Shown one piece after another: positions 49,761 to 59,704 of a stretch of DNA of 64,000 nucleotides. Source of the DNA: Obrimoposthia wandeli (lineage: Eukaryota). The stretch covers positions 62,001 through 126,000 of the forward strand of contig CDROCS010003444.1 of NCBI GenBank assembly GCA_977020255.1, in the 5' to 3' direction. The stretch's first letter is position 1. Every line of letters starts with the position of its first letter. The notes below the pieces were generated by a model. It was not told the DNA's origin and searched no databases. It saw only the letters and a program-made list of their open reading frames with translations. The position numbers and the translations under genes are program-made.

Positions 49761-50514
49761 CGTTATTCTCCAATTCGGTATCTATCCGGCTGTCAGTTGT
49801 GCTTTGTGTAGTTTGTGCAAACTGCTCATCTAAATTTTCGCCTTCATTCGCTGTATCGGAATGATCTCCAAGCTCGCTGTCCTGAGCATCAAGCGCAGCT
49901 TCCTCATCGTTAGTTAGCGCATCTCGTGAGTTTTCTAAATCGCACAATAGCTCTATTTGTTTAATATGATCTTCAACAATCACTTGGCGAATAGTTGGCA
50001 ACACACTAAATAGTACGCTTTTAGGATTACTTTCGTCTACTTTGCCGCGCTCGATTAAACCGTGGCGCGCAAAGAGAGACAACAGCTCTTTTGTGCGCGT
50101 CTCGTTCGGAAGGTCTTTACCGGTTAATGTTTCAAACAATGAAAGCAACTCATCAGTGCTGGTAAAAGCTTTACCGTTTTCAATTTCAAAATTTTCAAGC
50201 TTTTGTTCGTACATCTGGCGCATACAGAGCAGTATCAACGATTCATCTAATTTGAGTTTTAAGTTACGCTCATGCCCTTGCGGTAATACACCTAGGTAAG
50301 CTTCATCAGGCTGGTAAATAAAAGACCAACCAATGGCTGCAAATAAATCTTTAAAATAATCAATATGCGCTGAAATCAAAAAATAACTCTGGCGATGCGA
50401 ACTGCGATCAGCGTGGATAAATTGATTAGTCATCAACAAATTAGCAGCGTGTATAAAATCTTCTTCTTGGTATTTTTCACTGCGACTAATAATCTTTTGT
50501 AAATCGCTTAGCAT
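49747..50514 (-). CDS. jetB: JetB/MksE (DUF4194-like) kite subunit
   Basis: [41 protein letters not shown] and VLPTIRQV, with an acidic tail. Overlaps both neighbours. Confidence 0.85.
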   Translation of the reverse strand: MLSDLQKIISRSEKYQEEDFIHAANLLMTNQFIHADRSSHRQSYFLISAHIDYFKDLFAAIGWSFIYQPDEAYLGVLPQGHERNLKLKLDESLILLCMRQMYEQKLENFEIENGKAFTSTDELLSLFETLTGKDLPNETRTKELLSLFARHGLIERGKVDESNPKSVLFSVLPTIRQVIVEDHIKQIELLCDLENSRDALTNDEEAALDAQDSELGDHSDTANEGENLDEQFAQTTQSTTDSRIDTELENNDETA

Positions 50515-51932
50515 TACTTATTTCCTTGTTGCGTAGAAGAAATGATAAAGTCTCGGCACTCGACCATATTATCGACTTCTATATATTGATCTTTAAATTC
50601 GATTTTATAGCGATCATTGGTCGCTTTACCCTGTTTACCCAATGAAGCTAAATGTCGGATATAGCTAAAACAGATATAGTCTTCAATAGTACTTATCTCG
50701 AACTGACTGGCTTTTAGAGTAGTGTTTTTACCAAAGTGGCGAGCTAGGTATTCTTCTATTCTGTCTATTTTCACCTCGCGTCGCTCTTTGTACTGTTTAA
50801 AAAGCTCTCTTAATTCTATTACTTTAGGATCAATCACTTGCTGATGAATAACCCTAGGTGCTACTTGAATACGCCGTTTTATTGGAGAGCGGATACTACT
50901 AGGCGATAAAAACCCGACATTTTCAAGTTGGGTAATTGGCAGTTGCTGTAGCAGTGTTTCATCATTGGCAACTTGCTTGATTAACCGTGATAAGCGCGAA
51001 GCCATACCCGGTGTGGTTTTATCCATATAACGGATAGTATCTGCTACGCGTTTTTCTAGCTTGTAGCGGAAATCATCAATGCTATCAAGACGCTTATCAA
51101 CAGATTCAAAAATACGGATGATACGATTTATATGCGTATGCACCATAGATTCAGCATCTATATATTCATTTTCAAACTGCAGCTGATAGTGATGAATTAA
51201 CTTTTCTAGCTTGAGTGGATCAAACTGTAAATCACGCAGCATGGAAAGAATTTGGCGGCGAAAGCGAAATGGATTGTTCTTTGTTTTTAGCGTTTTATAA
51301 TCTGAAACGAGTATTTGCTCAACAAAGGTGTCAAAGAACTTCTTCACAATTTCTTGTGGGCTGTGTGATTGCGCCAAACTAATCTTTAGTTCACGCAGGC
51401 CCAATAACATATCGGTTAGATGAGCACTAAACTCAGACGATGCTTGCGCGGCCTCTTGTAATGTAATACCTCGCCCATCGGGATCATTAATCGCCGCTTC
51501 TAATGAGCTAAGTACATTGAGTACCGCACCACCATAAGAGCGTTTCTCCATTTTTGCGATAGAAACTAACGAGCGCAGTAAATAACTATTAGAAGGCGCC
51601 ATTAAAACATAGCTTTTGTAAATTTGCTGCTCTTCTTCCAGCCAGCCAGTGGACACTAGACGACGGTAAATTCTATTGGCATATTCTGCGGTTGATCTAG
51701 GAGGCTGGTAATCTTCTTCAATATCCTCCTCTTCTCGCTCCCAAATTCGCAAGCCAATGCGCACTACTGTATTTTCAATAGTTGAACGCACTAGGTCTTT
51801 CGCAATGAAAGGTTCTATCAAATCTTCATCGAAGAAAAGATCGGCCAATTCTACTAATACAGTTTGATATACATACCTGTTTTTACCCGATAGCGGGACA
51901 AACAAATCTTCTGGAAGCTTATTAAAAAGCAT
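50514..51932 (-). CDS. jetA: JetA/MksF kleisin-like subunit (DUF3375/DUF5716-like)
   Basis: [44 protein letters not shown] and [15 protein letters not shown]. First gene of the three-gene SMC operon, with an AGGTGA RBS. Confidence 0.82.
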   Translation of the reverse strand: MLFNKLPEDLFVPLSGKNRYVYQTVLVELADLFFDEDLIEPFIAKDLVRSTIENTVVRIGLRIWEREEEDIEEDYQPPRSTAEYANRIYRRLVSTGWLEEEQQIYKSYVLMAPSNSYLLRSLVSIAKMEKRSYGGAVLNVLSSLEAAINDPDGRGITLQEAAQASSEFSAHLTDMLLGLRELKISLAQSHSPQEIVKKFFDTFVEQILVSDYKTLKTKNNPFRFRRQILSMLRDLQFDPLKLEKLIHHYQLQFENEYIDAESMVHTHINRIIRIFESVDKRLDSIDDFRYKLEKRVADTIRYMDKTTPGMASRLSRLIKQVANDETLLQQLPITQLENVGFLSPSSIRSPIKRRIQVAPRVIHQQVIDPKVIELRELFKQYKERREVKIDRIEEYLARHFGKNTTLKASQFEISTIEDYICFSYIRHLASLGKQGKATNDRYKIEFKDQYIEVDNMVECRDFIISSTQQGNK

Positions 51933-52253
51933 CTATCACCTAGTTAGAAAGTTAAGATTTTTATGATGGTCTTGCCACACAATTTCAATAATGTGTACTT
52001 TTAAAACTTTATTTATTATTGGCAAACCACTTATTTATGGACAATTGAGCATTTTATTTAATTTGAATAAAAAGCCAAACAAAAATAATACGAGGATTTT
52101 AGCCTAGTCTTAGCTGACAAAAAAGACTTTAGACCATTGAATTAAATAAATTCAGGCTTGTTACATCTACAATCATACAGATGCAGTTCTTTAGCTTAAA
52201 AACACTCTATTTTTACGACAATTCTCTCAACATTTATCCTAAGACACTATGCA

Positions 52254-53024
52254 TTAATGCACAACTGCCAGATTCGCAATTAAGCGCTGTAAATCTTCCG
52301 GGGTATCAATGCCAGCGGGGGGTGATTCTATCGCTTTGGCAACGTGTATTCTATGCCCGTACCACATAGCCCGCAATTGCTCTAAACATTCGGTTTCTTC
52401 CACTGCCGCAGGCGCCCATGTTACATATTGATTTAGCAGAGCAACTTTGTAAGCGTAAATACCAATGTGTCTTTGCCAAACAAACCCTTCAGGAATTTCG
52501 TTAGGCAGTTGTGGCTGGTTAAAAGCATCTCGTGGCCAGGGAATAGGAGCACGGGAAAAGTACATCGCTAAACCATTAACATCCGTTAACACTTTTACAC
52601 TGTTCGGGTTCAGTAGCTGCTCTAATGCTTGAATTGGCTCACTCAATGTTGCAATGCTCGCCTGTGTTTGTCGCGCTAAATTTTCTGCCACTTGATTGAT
52701 AATTATAGCAGGAATTAAAGGTTCATCACCTTGCACATTAACGACGATTTCATCATCAGCTAATTGAAAATACTCGACAACTTCTTGCAGCCTATCGGTA
52801 CCTGTTGGGTGATTTTCACGGGTCATGCACACTGAAGCTCCAAAGCTGCGTGCCACTTTTTCAATGCGCGCATCATCAGTTGCTATAATGACTTTACTGG
52901 CATTAGATTGCATGGATCTTTCATAAACATGCTGAATCATTGGTTTGCCAGCAATATCAGCTAAGGGTTTGCCCGGAAATCGGCTAGATCCATAGCGAGC
53001 AGGTATAACAACCGTGAAATCCAT
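52254..53024 (-). CDS. kdsB: 3-deoxy-manno-octulosonate cytidylyltransferase
   Basis: [38 protein letters not shown] and LEQLRAMW. Confidence 0.97.
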   Translation of the reverse strand: MDFTVVIPARYGSSRFPGKPLADIAGKPMIQHVYERSMQSNASKVIIATDDARIEKVARSFGASVCMTRENHPTGTDRLQEVVEYFQLADDEIVVNVQGDEPLIPAIIINQVAENLARQTQASIATLSEPIQALEQLLNPNSVKVLTDVNGLAMYFSRAPIPWPRDAFNQPQLPNEIPEGFVWQRHIGIYAYKVALLNQYVTWAPAAVEETECLEQLRAMWYGHRIHVAKAIESPPAGIDTPEDLQRLIANLAVVH

Positions 53025-53209
53025 TATTTTTTTAACCTCTCTTCCGTGGTTAAAGTGCGCGCCTGTGATTCTAGCATCACTGGTATTCCATCATTAATTG
53101 GATAAGCTAAGCCACTGCTACGACAGATAAGCTCGTTCGCCTGTCGATCCCATTCAACCGGTGCTTTAGATACCGGGCATACCAAAATATCTAATAACTT
53201 TTTATCCAT
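53024..53209 (-). CDS. ycaR: Trm112-family protein
   Basis: [15 protein letters not shown]...[13 protein letters not shown]. Sits between lpxK and kdsB as usual. Confidence 0.93.
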   Translation of the reverse strand: MDKKLLDILVCPVSKAPVEWDRQANELICRSSGLAYPINDGIPVMLESQARTLTTEERLKK

Positions 53210-53319
53210 TGTTTATCTCTCATACTATGCAGCAAAATACTGCCTGTTATTTTTAAATAGAGCTGTAACACCTTCGTCTAAACAACCCAACGGGGATTTC
53301 CCGGTAAGATTCAGCTTCA

Positions 53320-54384
53320 CTAAATATTCTTTGCCTCTTGCAGCGAAGCTAACTTCCCAAGCATATTTCGCTTAAAAGAAGCGTCTATATCCGCTTTTAC
53401 TTTAAGATAATAACTGTTTTCTGGTGCATAGTTTACACACTTTACTGCATCTTTTTGTGTCATACAGATAATATGATTGCGTTCAACATTAGCTTTTGAA
53501 TTTCCATCAACTGTAAAGGCTTTATGTTGTGTCCTGACGAAGTCAAAATCAGCGACACTGTATTGGTGATGATCGTCAAAACTATGTTGCACTGCATCGA
53601 TGCCTAATTCATGTAAGCTATCATAAAACCTTTGTGGATTGCCTATGCCTGCTACACCGTGCACCATTGCTTGTTGCTCTTTTATTAATTTTTTAAAATC
53701 GGCCAAACTTATAAATTTTTGATCTTTAAGACGATACCAACCTTGTGCATGTATCTGCATACTGTAACTAGAGCTATGCTCGTTATTTTGCCCGCCATTA
53801 ACAATTACAAAATCTACACCATTCAAACGTTCAGCAGGTTCTCGTAGAGGACCAACGGGTAAACAGTGCCTGTTACCTAACCCTCTTTTCCCATCGATAA
53901 CCGCAATTTCTATGTCCCGCCCCATACGATAATGCTGCAAACCATCATCGCTGATTATTAAATCGCAATCGTTATTCGCTAATAAATACTGACAGGCGCG
54001 AACTCTATCAGGATCAATCACCAAATTAATTCCAGTACGCTTCACTATCATTAATGGCTCATCACCGCTTTGTGCGGCATCATCATTTTCTTGCACTTGG
54101 TGAGGAAAGTCTTTTCGAAGAGCACCATAGCCCCTGCTGACAACCCCTACTTTGTAGCCTTGTTGCTGTAACATTTCGATTAAATAAATACTTACTGGGC
54201 TTTTACCTGTACCACCGATACTAATATTACCCACAATAATAACAGGGCAATTCGCTTGCCACTGCTTTTTTAACGCCTGCTTTTTTTTAAGCTTTGCCAA
54301 TGTTATAAATAAGCATTCAAGCGGCCAAAACAGTAATATCCAAGTAGCCTTTTTGCGATACCAAGCGCTTGTTATCAACTTCAT
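53320..54384 (-). CDS. lpxK: tetraacyldisaccharide 4'-kinase
   Basis: VGNISIGGTGKSP, VSRGYG, GDEP, SDDGLQHY, LPVGPLRE and AGIGNPQRF. Confidence 0.96.
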   Translation of the reverse strand: MKLITSAWYRKKATWILLFWPLECLFITLAKLKKKQALKKQWQANCPVIIVGNISIGGTGKSPVSIYLIEMLQQQGYKVGVVSRGYGALRKDFPHQVQENDDAAQSGDEPLMIVKRTGINLVIDPDRVRACQYLLANNDCDLIISDDGLQHYRMGRDIEIAVIDGKRGLGNRHCLPVGPLREPAERLNGVDFVIVNGGQNNEHSSSYSMQIHAQGWYRLKDQKFISLADFKKLIKEQQAMVHGVAGIGNPQRFYDSLHELGIDAVQHSFDDHHQYSVADFDFVRTQHKAFTVDGNSKANVERNHIICMTQKDAVKCVNYAPENSYYLKVKADIDASFKRNMLGKLASLQEAKNI

Positions 54385-54836
54385 TAAGGGGATTCTATCT
54401 TTAAGGTTGTGATACTTAATTTACTAAAACCTAACTGCCCAGCTACATCCATTGTGGAGATAACAAATTGATGCGCTGTAGCGGCGTCTGCAGTGATCGT
54501 TAAATGTAATTTTTTATTGCTATCATTATTCTTGCCACTACTTACATGAGCTTGCATGGTCTTTTTTAAAGCATTTTTAATGGTATTTAAATCGTTACTT
54601 ATCAATACCACACCATTAATTGTAAAAAGACCATTCGCGTCGATCAATACTTCAACTGTATCAATCTCAGCTGGCTTTAAATCGCCGACTACCGCTTGCG
54701 GCAAATTAATACCCAAACGCGATTCTTTTGTGAAAGTCGTTGATACCATAAAAAAAATTAACAATAAAAATACGATATCAATCAGTGGAGTCATATTAAC
54801 GTCGATATCTTGGCGCAGGCGGCGCTGGAACTTCAT
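54384..54836 (-). CDS. exbD: ExbD/TolR family protein
   Basis: VNMTPLIDIVFLLLIFFMVSTTF and ITADA...MDVAGQLG. Confidence 0.92.
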   Translation of the reverse strand: MKFQRRLRQDIDVNMTPLIDIVFLLLIFFMVSTTFTKESRLGINLPQAVVGDLKPAEIDTVEVLIDANGLFTINGVVLISNDLNTIKNALKKTMQAHVSSGKNNDSNKKLHLTITADAATAHQFVISTMDVAGQLGFSKLSITTLKIESP

Positions 54837-54881
54837 TAAAAAAGGCTCTGTGATTGAGTGGTCATTTTAATCAAGTAGTAG

Positions 54882-55493
54882 TCAATCATGTTTCTCTCCG
54901 TGCATGCTATCAACAAGTCTTACCGCTTCTTGCTCCATTTCTAACACTAAAGAATCCACTTTTCGATGAAAGTAGCGATGAAAAATAAGTGTGGGAATCG
55001 CCACAAACATACCAGCTGCAGTGGTGATCAATGCCTCTGAGATCCCTCCAGCCAATACACCTGCGTTACCGCTACCTTCAAGCATAATGGTAGAAAACAC
55101 TTTAATCATTCCTATCACGGTACCTAATAATCCCAATAAAGGAGCTATTGAGGCTATAGTACCCAATGCTGTTAAGTTTCTCTCTAATTCATGCACCACT
55201 ATTGCCGCTGCTTCTTGAATACTCTCTTGCATGCGCTCACGAGAAAGAGCAGCACTATTTAATCCCGCTATAATAATGCAACCTAAAGGGCTCGCCATTC
55301 TAATTTCGTTCATCCTTTCGTGTGTCATTTGATCATTGTTTACCCATAGCCAAACACTTGACATCAACTCCTTAGGTGTAACATTTTTGCTGCGCAGTGT
55401 TATTAACCTTTCTAAGCTAATTGCCAGCGATAAAACAGAGCAAATAACGATAGGTATCATCAACCAACCACCTGAGAACAACACTTCTAACAC
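54882..55493 (-). CDS. MotA/TolQ/ExbB proton channel protein
   Basis: LGTIASIAPLLGLLGTVIGMI, LAGGISEALITTAAG and VAIP. Confidence 0.92.
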   Translation of the reverse strand: MLEVLFSGGWLMIPIVICSVLSLAISLERLITLRSKNVTPKELMSSVWLWVNNDQMTHERMNEIRMASPLGCIIIAGLNSAALSRERMQESIQEAAAIVVHELERNLTALGTIASIAPLLGLLGTVIGMIKVFSTIMLEGSGNAGVLAGGISEALITTAAGMFVAIPTLIFHRYFHRKVDSLVLEMEQEAVRLVDSMHGEKHD

Positions 55494-55864
55494 ACAAATT
55501 CTCCTTAATCAGCAGCCTTTGAAAAGACGCTTTATATAAAATCAATTAACTATCTTTAGTTAACACTGTTAATTTTTAGTGTATGCCGCTATAAACACTA
55601 ACGCACTTACACCTTACCTAACGTTATTGTTTTCTTATTCTCCACTCACGTAAACAGTTGCAACTCTCTGAAGAATAAATTTCAATGCACTCTAAGCTAT
55701 CATGTACATGACTTTGCAACAATTTTGACATTCCAACATAGTGAAAAATTTGGGACATTATAAAGAATTAGGCATCGCTTAGCTTGTTTAAAACACTTTT
55801 ATAATTGCTTTTTAAACACAAGCTTAAATTATCCGGCCCTGATAAAAAACAAATGAGGGCTATG

Positions 55865-58159
55865 TCAAGGCTGCCAATATCGACGCTGATTTTGTAAAAA
55901 ACTGCTTATTTCACAACCATTAGCCGTTGAACGCAACTCAATGCTCCCCTGTAAGTCGGTGCGATATACTGCGATATTAGCCGATTTTAGTCGCTCCAGC
56001 ACTTTTGCATGTGGGTGGAGGTAACGATTACCGTAACCACTACTTATTAAAGCGCTATTAAATTGCTCTGCTGCCAAAAAATCAGCATGGGTAGATGTAT
56101 TACTCCCATGATGACCAACGATCAGCACTTTTTCTTTTCCTCGCTCTTCATTTACCAGCAAGCGGCTCTCGATGCTTTTTGTTGCATCACCCATAATCAA
56201 TACTTTGCAGTGCTCGCTGGCTATTTCCAATACACAAGATTTATTATTCGACTTAGTTTCCATTGATACATCAGGCTGTCGATAGTAAAAGGAAACTCCT
56301 TGCCAATTCCATTTTCTACCACTTTGGCAAACTGCATTCGCCACGGATCCATCACCTGCTAACTCACTATCTAACTGCTCAATACGCAAAAAACGTTGAG
56401 CAGCCTTTAGACCACCACTATGATCATTATCAGTATGACTTATTATTAGCAGATCTAATTTCTTGATAGCTTGCTTAGCTAACAGTGGTTTTATCACCGC
56501 TTCAAAGTAGCTAAAGCCACTATCAAAAGCGGCACCTGTGTCGTACAACAAAGTACGTGAATGCGTCTCCACTAATACCGACAAGCCTTGGCCAACATCA
56601 ATTAAAGTTAGCTTGAACTGTGCCTTTGTAGGTCTTTCAATCACGGGTGGGTAAAGCATCAGTAATAATGCGCAAAGCCCCAGCAGTTTTATGCGTTTGG
56701 GTAGCGGCAACATAGCAGTAAAACAAGCTAATGTAATGAGTAGCATTAAAGGTACATCAATCACTATTATCTCAAACAGGAAGTACTCACTTAGCATGGC
56801 TATTTTCTGTAGCGCTATCCAAAAGTAATCCAAACATAATGCAACAAATTTTAACAATCCTAACCAGCCATATGCGGCTGTTAGTAATGCTGGAATAAGT
56901 AATAAAACTAACAGCGATATAAAGCTAATGGCAAACAAATTAATCAAAGGGGATAGCAGCGAAATTTGCTGAAAATACAATAATAACAACGGCATTAAGC
57001 CAAGCCATACTAACCATTGACTATGGATTAACAGCCATACTTTAGAGCCTCTGGTACGAAAGCCTTGCAGACAAATAAGACTCGCAACAGCAGCAAATGA
57101 TAACCAAAGACCTGGCTGCATAACACTTAAAGGTTGCCAGCTAATAATAACAATTAGCGCCAGCCACCAGCGCTGCCACAAACTAACTTTAGTGCCAAAA
57201 AAACTGCCTGCTATTAAAATAAATGCCATTAACCATGCCCGCTGCGTAGAAAGGCTCGCACCGACAAGCAACACATAAGCGAAACTGAGCAATAGCGCAC
57301 CAATTTCTGGCATTAACAACAACGGTAAAGGAAATTTTACAGCTCGTAGAAGCATCGCTAAAACAAAAAATACCCACCAGCCAATAGCAACCATAATACC
57401 TATGTGCAAACCACTAACTATGAGTAAATGCACGGTACCCGTTGCGCGCATTTGCTGCCATTGCAGCGGCGTTATTTCAGTTTTATCACCGAGCACCAGC
57501 GCCATCAGTGTGCTTTTTGAATTATCGCTTATCTCTAACTTTTGTAACCAGCGCTTGAGGGCATGCCGCAAACTAGCCAGTTTTACGGCATGCTTAGTGA
57601 TATGAACAATTTCACGAACGTAACCCGTAGCATTTATGCCATTGTTAATTGCCCAAAGTTTGCTATCAAACGCACTGACACTGTGCAAAGCACGAGGACT
57701 TTTAAGACGCGCAATTAGCGTTAACTTATCCCCTGCTTCAGGCTGATACTTTGAACGATATAAATTTAACGATACTTTCGATAATGTAAGAGACTCATCC
57801 GCACATTTAATTGAATCGATTTTTATAGAGAAACGACTATAACTAAAGCTGTTGCGCGGAATATCCACCACATATCCAATTAAAGTACAGTCTCTACTAT
57901 TGCGAGTATCATCAAACTGTTGAGACAACAGCAGATGGCCGTGTAACGCAGCGCTACAAAAAGAGATTAAATACAAGCTAAAGTAACGTACCATTTTTGA
58001 AACAACAGCAGATTTGAAAGATATTTTTTTATAATAGCAAGCAGTAAAAACAAAAAGTGCGACCCCAAACAAGAAGACCAACACTATAATACTCGGCAAG
58101 CGCTCAAGAAAAGCGGCATTAATAACGCCTGCAACATATAAAAAACTGTAAGCAAGCAT
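55865..58159 (-). CDS. comEC: DNA internalisation competence protein ComEC/Rec2
   Basis: HLLIVSGLHIG channel motif, beta-lactamase-like DVGQG, SHTDNDHSGG and GHHGSNTST. ATG 58159 follows a GGAGGGAG RBS. Confidence 0.93.
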   Translation of the reverse strand: MLAYSFLYVAGVINAAFLERLPSIIVLVFLFGVALFVFTACYYKKISFKSAVVSKMVRYFSLYLISFCSAALHGHLLLSQQFDDTRNSRDCTLIGYVVDIPRNSFSYSRFSIKIDSIKCADESLTLSKVSLNLYRSKYQPEAGDKLTLIARLKSPRALHSVSAFDSKLWAINNGINATGYVREIVHITKHAVKLASLRHALKRWLQKLEISDNSKSTLMALVLGDKTEITPLQWQQMRATGTVHLLIVSGLHIGIMVAIGWWVFFVLAMLLRAVKFPLPLLLMPEIGALLLSFAYVLLVGASLSTQRAWLMAFILIAGSFFGTKVSLWQRWWLALIVIISWQPLSVMQPGLWLSFAAVASLICLQGFRTRGSKVWLLIHSQWLVWLGLMPLLLLYFQQISLLSPLINLFAISFISLLVLLLIPALLTAAYGWLGLLKFVALCLDYFWIALQKIAMLSEYFLFEIIVIDVPLMLLITLACFTAMLPLPKRIKLLGLCALLLMLYPPVIERPTKAQFKLTLIDVGQGLSVLVETHSRTLLYDTGAAFDSGFSYFEAVIKPLLAKQAIKKLDLLIISHTDNDHSGGLKAAQRFLRIEQLDSELAGDGSVANAVCQSGRKWNWQGVSFYYRQPDVSMETKSNNKSCVLEIASEHCKVLIMGDATKSIESRLLVNEERGKEKVLIVGHHGSNTSTHADFLAAEQFNSALISSGYGNRYLHPHAKVLERLKSANIAVYRTDLQGSIELRSTANGCEISSFLQNQRRYWQP

Positions 58160-58339
58160 ACTCCCTCCCTTTGTTTTCAACTATTTAAAGCAATACATTC
58201 ACAATATTGATGCACCTTGATGAAATCTAATTAGTTTTAACAATTACTATGATATAAAATTAATTACATGCTCAATTTAACTAGCTAAAAGTTAACTCTT
58301 GTGCATAATATAACTCACTCGATTGTTAAAGTTTTCGCC

Positions 58340-58861
58340 ATGCCTCGTAAATTCATAAAAAAGTACATGCCTAATGAGCAAAGCTTAAGAAACACTCCGT
58401 CACTGCGCTGGCTCAGCAAATATTTGCAGCACCCCTCTTTATGGCACTTAAACCGAAGATCTGTTTCTAAAGCTTTTTTAGTGGGTATTTTTTGCGCTTT
58501 TTTACCGATTCCTATGCAAATGCTAGCTGCTGCTATATTTGCAATTTGTGTTCGTTCTAACCTTGCAGTATCTGTTAGCTTAGTTTGGATTACTAATCCT
58601 ATCACTATTCCACCCATTTTCTATTTCACTTATAAAGTAGGCACTTTTTTACTCAACAGCCAGCCGCTTGAAAATGAGATGTCCTTTAGTTATGAATATT
58701 TAATGTCAGAATTAACGGCGATTTGGTGGCCATTGATCAGCGGTTCGTTATTTTGCGCCACCGTCTTTTCAATTACAGCCTATTTTTCAATTAACGCATT
58801 TTGGGTATGGCACGTACGAAGTAGTTGGAAAAAGCGTAGATCAGACAAAAAAAATCAGTGA
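58340..58861 (+). CDS. DUF2062 membrane protein
   Basis: MPRKFIKKYMP, LWHLNRRSV, AFLPIPMQM and WITNPITIPP. Confidence 0.9.
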   Translation: MPRKFIKKYMPNEQSLRNTPSLRWLSKYLQHPSLWHLNRRSVSKAFLVGIFCAFLPIPMQMLAAAIFAICVRSNLAVSVSLVWITNPITIPPIFYFTYKVGTFLLNSQPLENEMSFSYEYLMSELTAIWWPLISGSLFCATVFSITAYFSINAFWVWHVRSSWKKRRSDKKNQ

Positions 58862-58880
58862 ATTATCACTGATTTTTTTT
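58847..58880. terminator. bidirectional intrinsic terminator
   Basis: aaaaaaaatcagtga-atta-tcactgatttttttt, between convergent DUF2062 and lolD. Confidence 0.8.
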
Positions 58881-58898
58881 GGCCTATTAACAATAGCA

Positions 58899-59043
58899 AG
58901 TTCCCATCCAGAAACAGATGCCTACTGCGACCGGCTCACTGGATCAACCTGAGCACCACTAGATATAGTTATTTGGAATGACCAAACGCCCATATCTAGT
59001 AGCACACATATTGAACCATTGATTTTTCTGGAAAATAGAACTA
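58899..59043 (-). mobile_element. MITE-like element (family 1, copy B, inverted, internal deletion of about 18-20 bp)
   Basis: Reverse complement of 38721-38883 with about 4 mismatches over ~125 bp. It lacks most of the tagggccgtaacgagggcgac segment and one end is degenerate. Confidence 0.9.
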
Positions 59044-59704
59044 GCGTGATCTCTTTTATAAGCGTTCTATCCATTCTTTGTGCTAACCGTTCATCATGTG
59101 TTACCACTACAAATGAAATCTGATATTCATCATTTAAACCATCCATCAAGGCTTGAATGTCTAATGCAGTTTGTCTATCCAAATTTCCAGTTGGCTCATC
59201 CATTAAGACACAAGCAGGCTTGGTGACTAGTGCTCTAGCAATTGCCACACGCTGCCTTTCTCCACCGCTTAACTGTGCGGGTTTATGTGTCAAACGGCTC
59301 TGCAAACCTACTGCTTCAAGCAACTGTGTAGACTTTTTAATGACCTCTAATTTACTCTCACCGGCAAGCAATAAAGGCATAGCCACGTTTTCTAAAGCAT
59401 CGAATTCAGGTAACAAATGATGAAACTGATACACAAAACCCAACTGCTGGTTACGCAACCGAGTACGCTTGCGCTCAGATGTTTGATAAAGAGATTCCCC
59501 TGCTATAAACACAGTGCCTGAAGTAGGAGACTCTAAACCGCCAATTGTGTTTAGCAAAGTTGTTTTGCCCGAGCCTGATGAACCCATAATAGCAACGCGT
59601 TCACCCTTAGCTACTGAAAAAGAGACGTTATTTAGAACATTTAGTTCTCTTCCTGCTTCTTTAAAGGTACGAAATACTTCATGACATACTAATACATCAC
59701 TCAT
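58922..59704 (-). CDS. lolD: lipoprotein-releasing ABC transporter ATPase with a MITE-derived C-terminal extension
   Basis: GSSGSGKT, GFVYQFHHLLPEFDALENVAMP, LSGGERQRVAIARAL, MDEPTGNLD and VVTHD. Codons 222-260 read through the repeat element. Confidence 0.93.
   Translation of the reverse strand: MSDVLVCHEVFRTFKEAGRELNVLNNVSFSVAKGERVAIMGSSGSGKTTLLNTIGGLESPTSGTVFIAGESLYQTSERKRTRLRNQQLGFVYQFHHLLPEFDALENVAMPLLLAGESKLEVIKKSTQLLEAVGLQSRLTHKPAQLSGGERQRVAIARALVTKPACVLMDEPTGNLDRQTALDIQALMDGLNDEYQISFVVVTHDERLAQRMDRTLIKEITLVLFSRKINGSICVLLDMGVWSFQITISSGAQVDPVSRSQ

Noticed and set aside
46332-51932. Calling the SMC operon canonical mukFEB, sbcCD or a complete Wadjet system
   Set aside because: The ATPase is 1142 aa and lacks MukB-specific sequence, there is no cmoM/smtA and no SbcD nuclease, and jetD is absent.
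41314-51932. Prophage or integrative element
   Set aside because: No integrase, transposase, phage genes, tRNA target or flanking direct repeats were seen.
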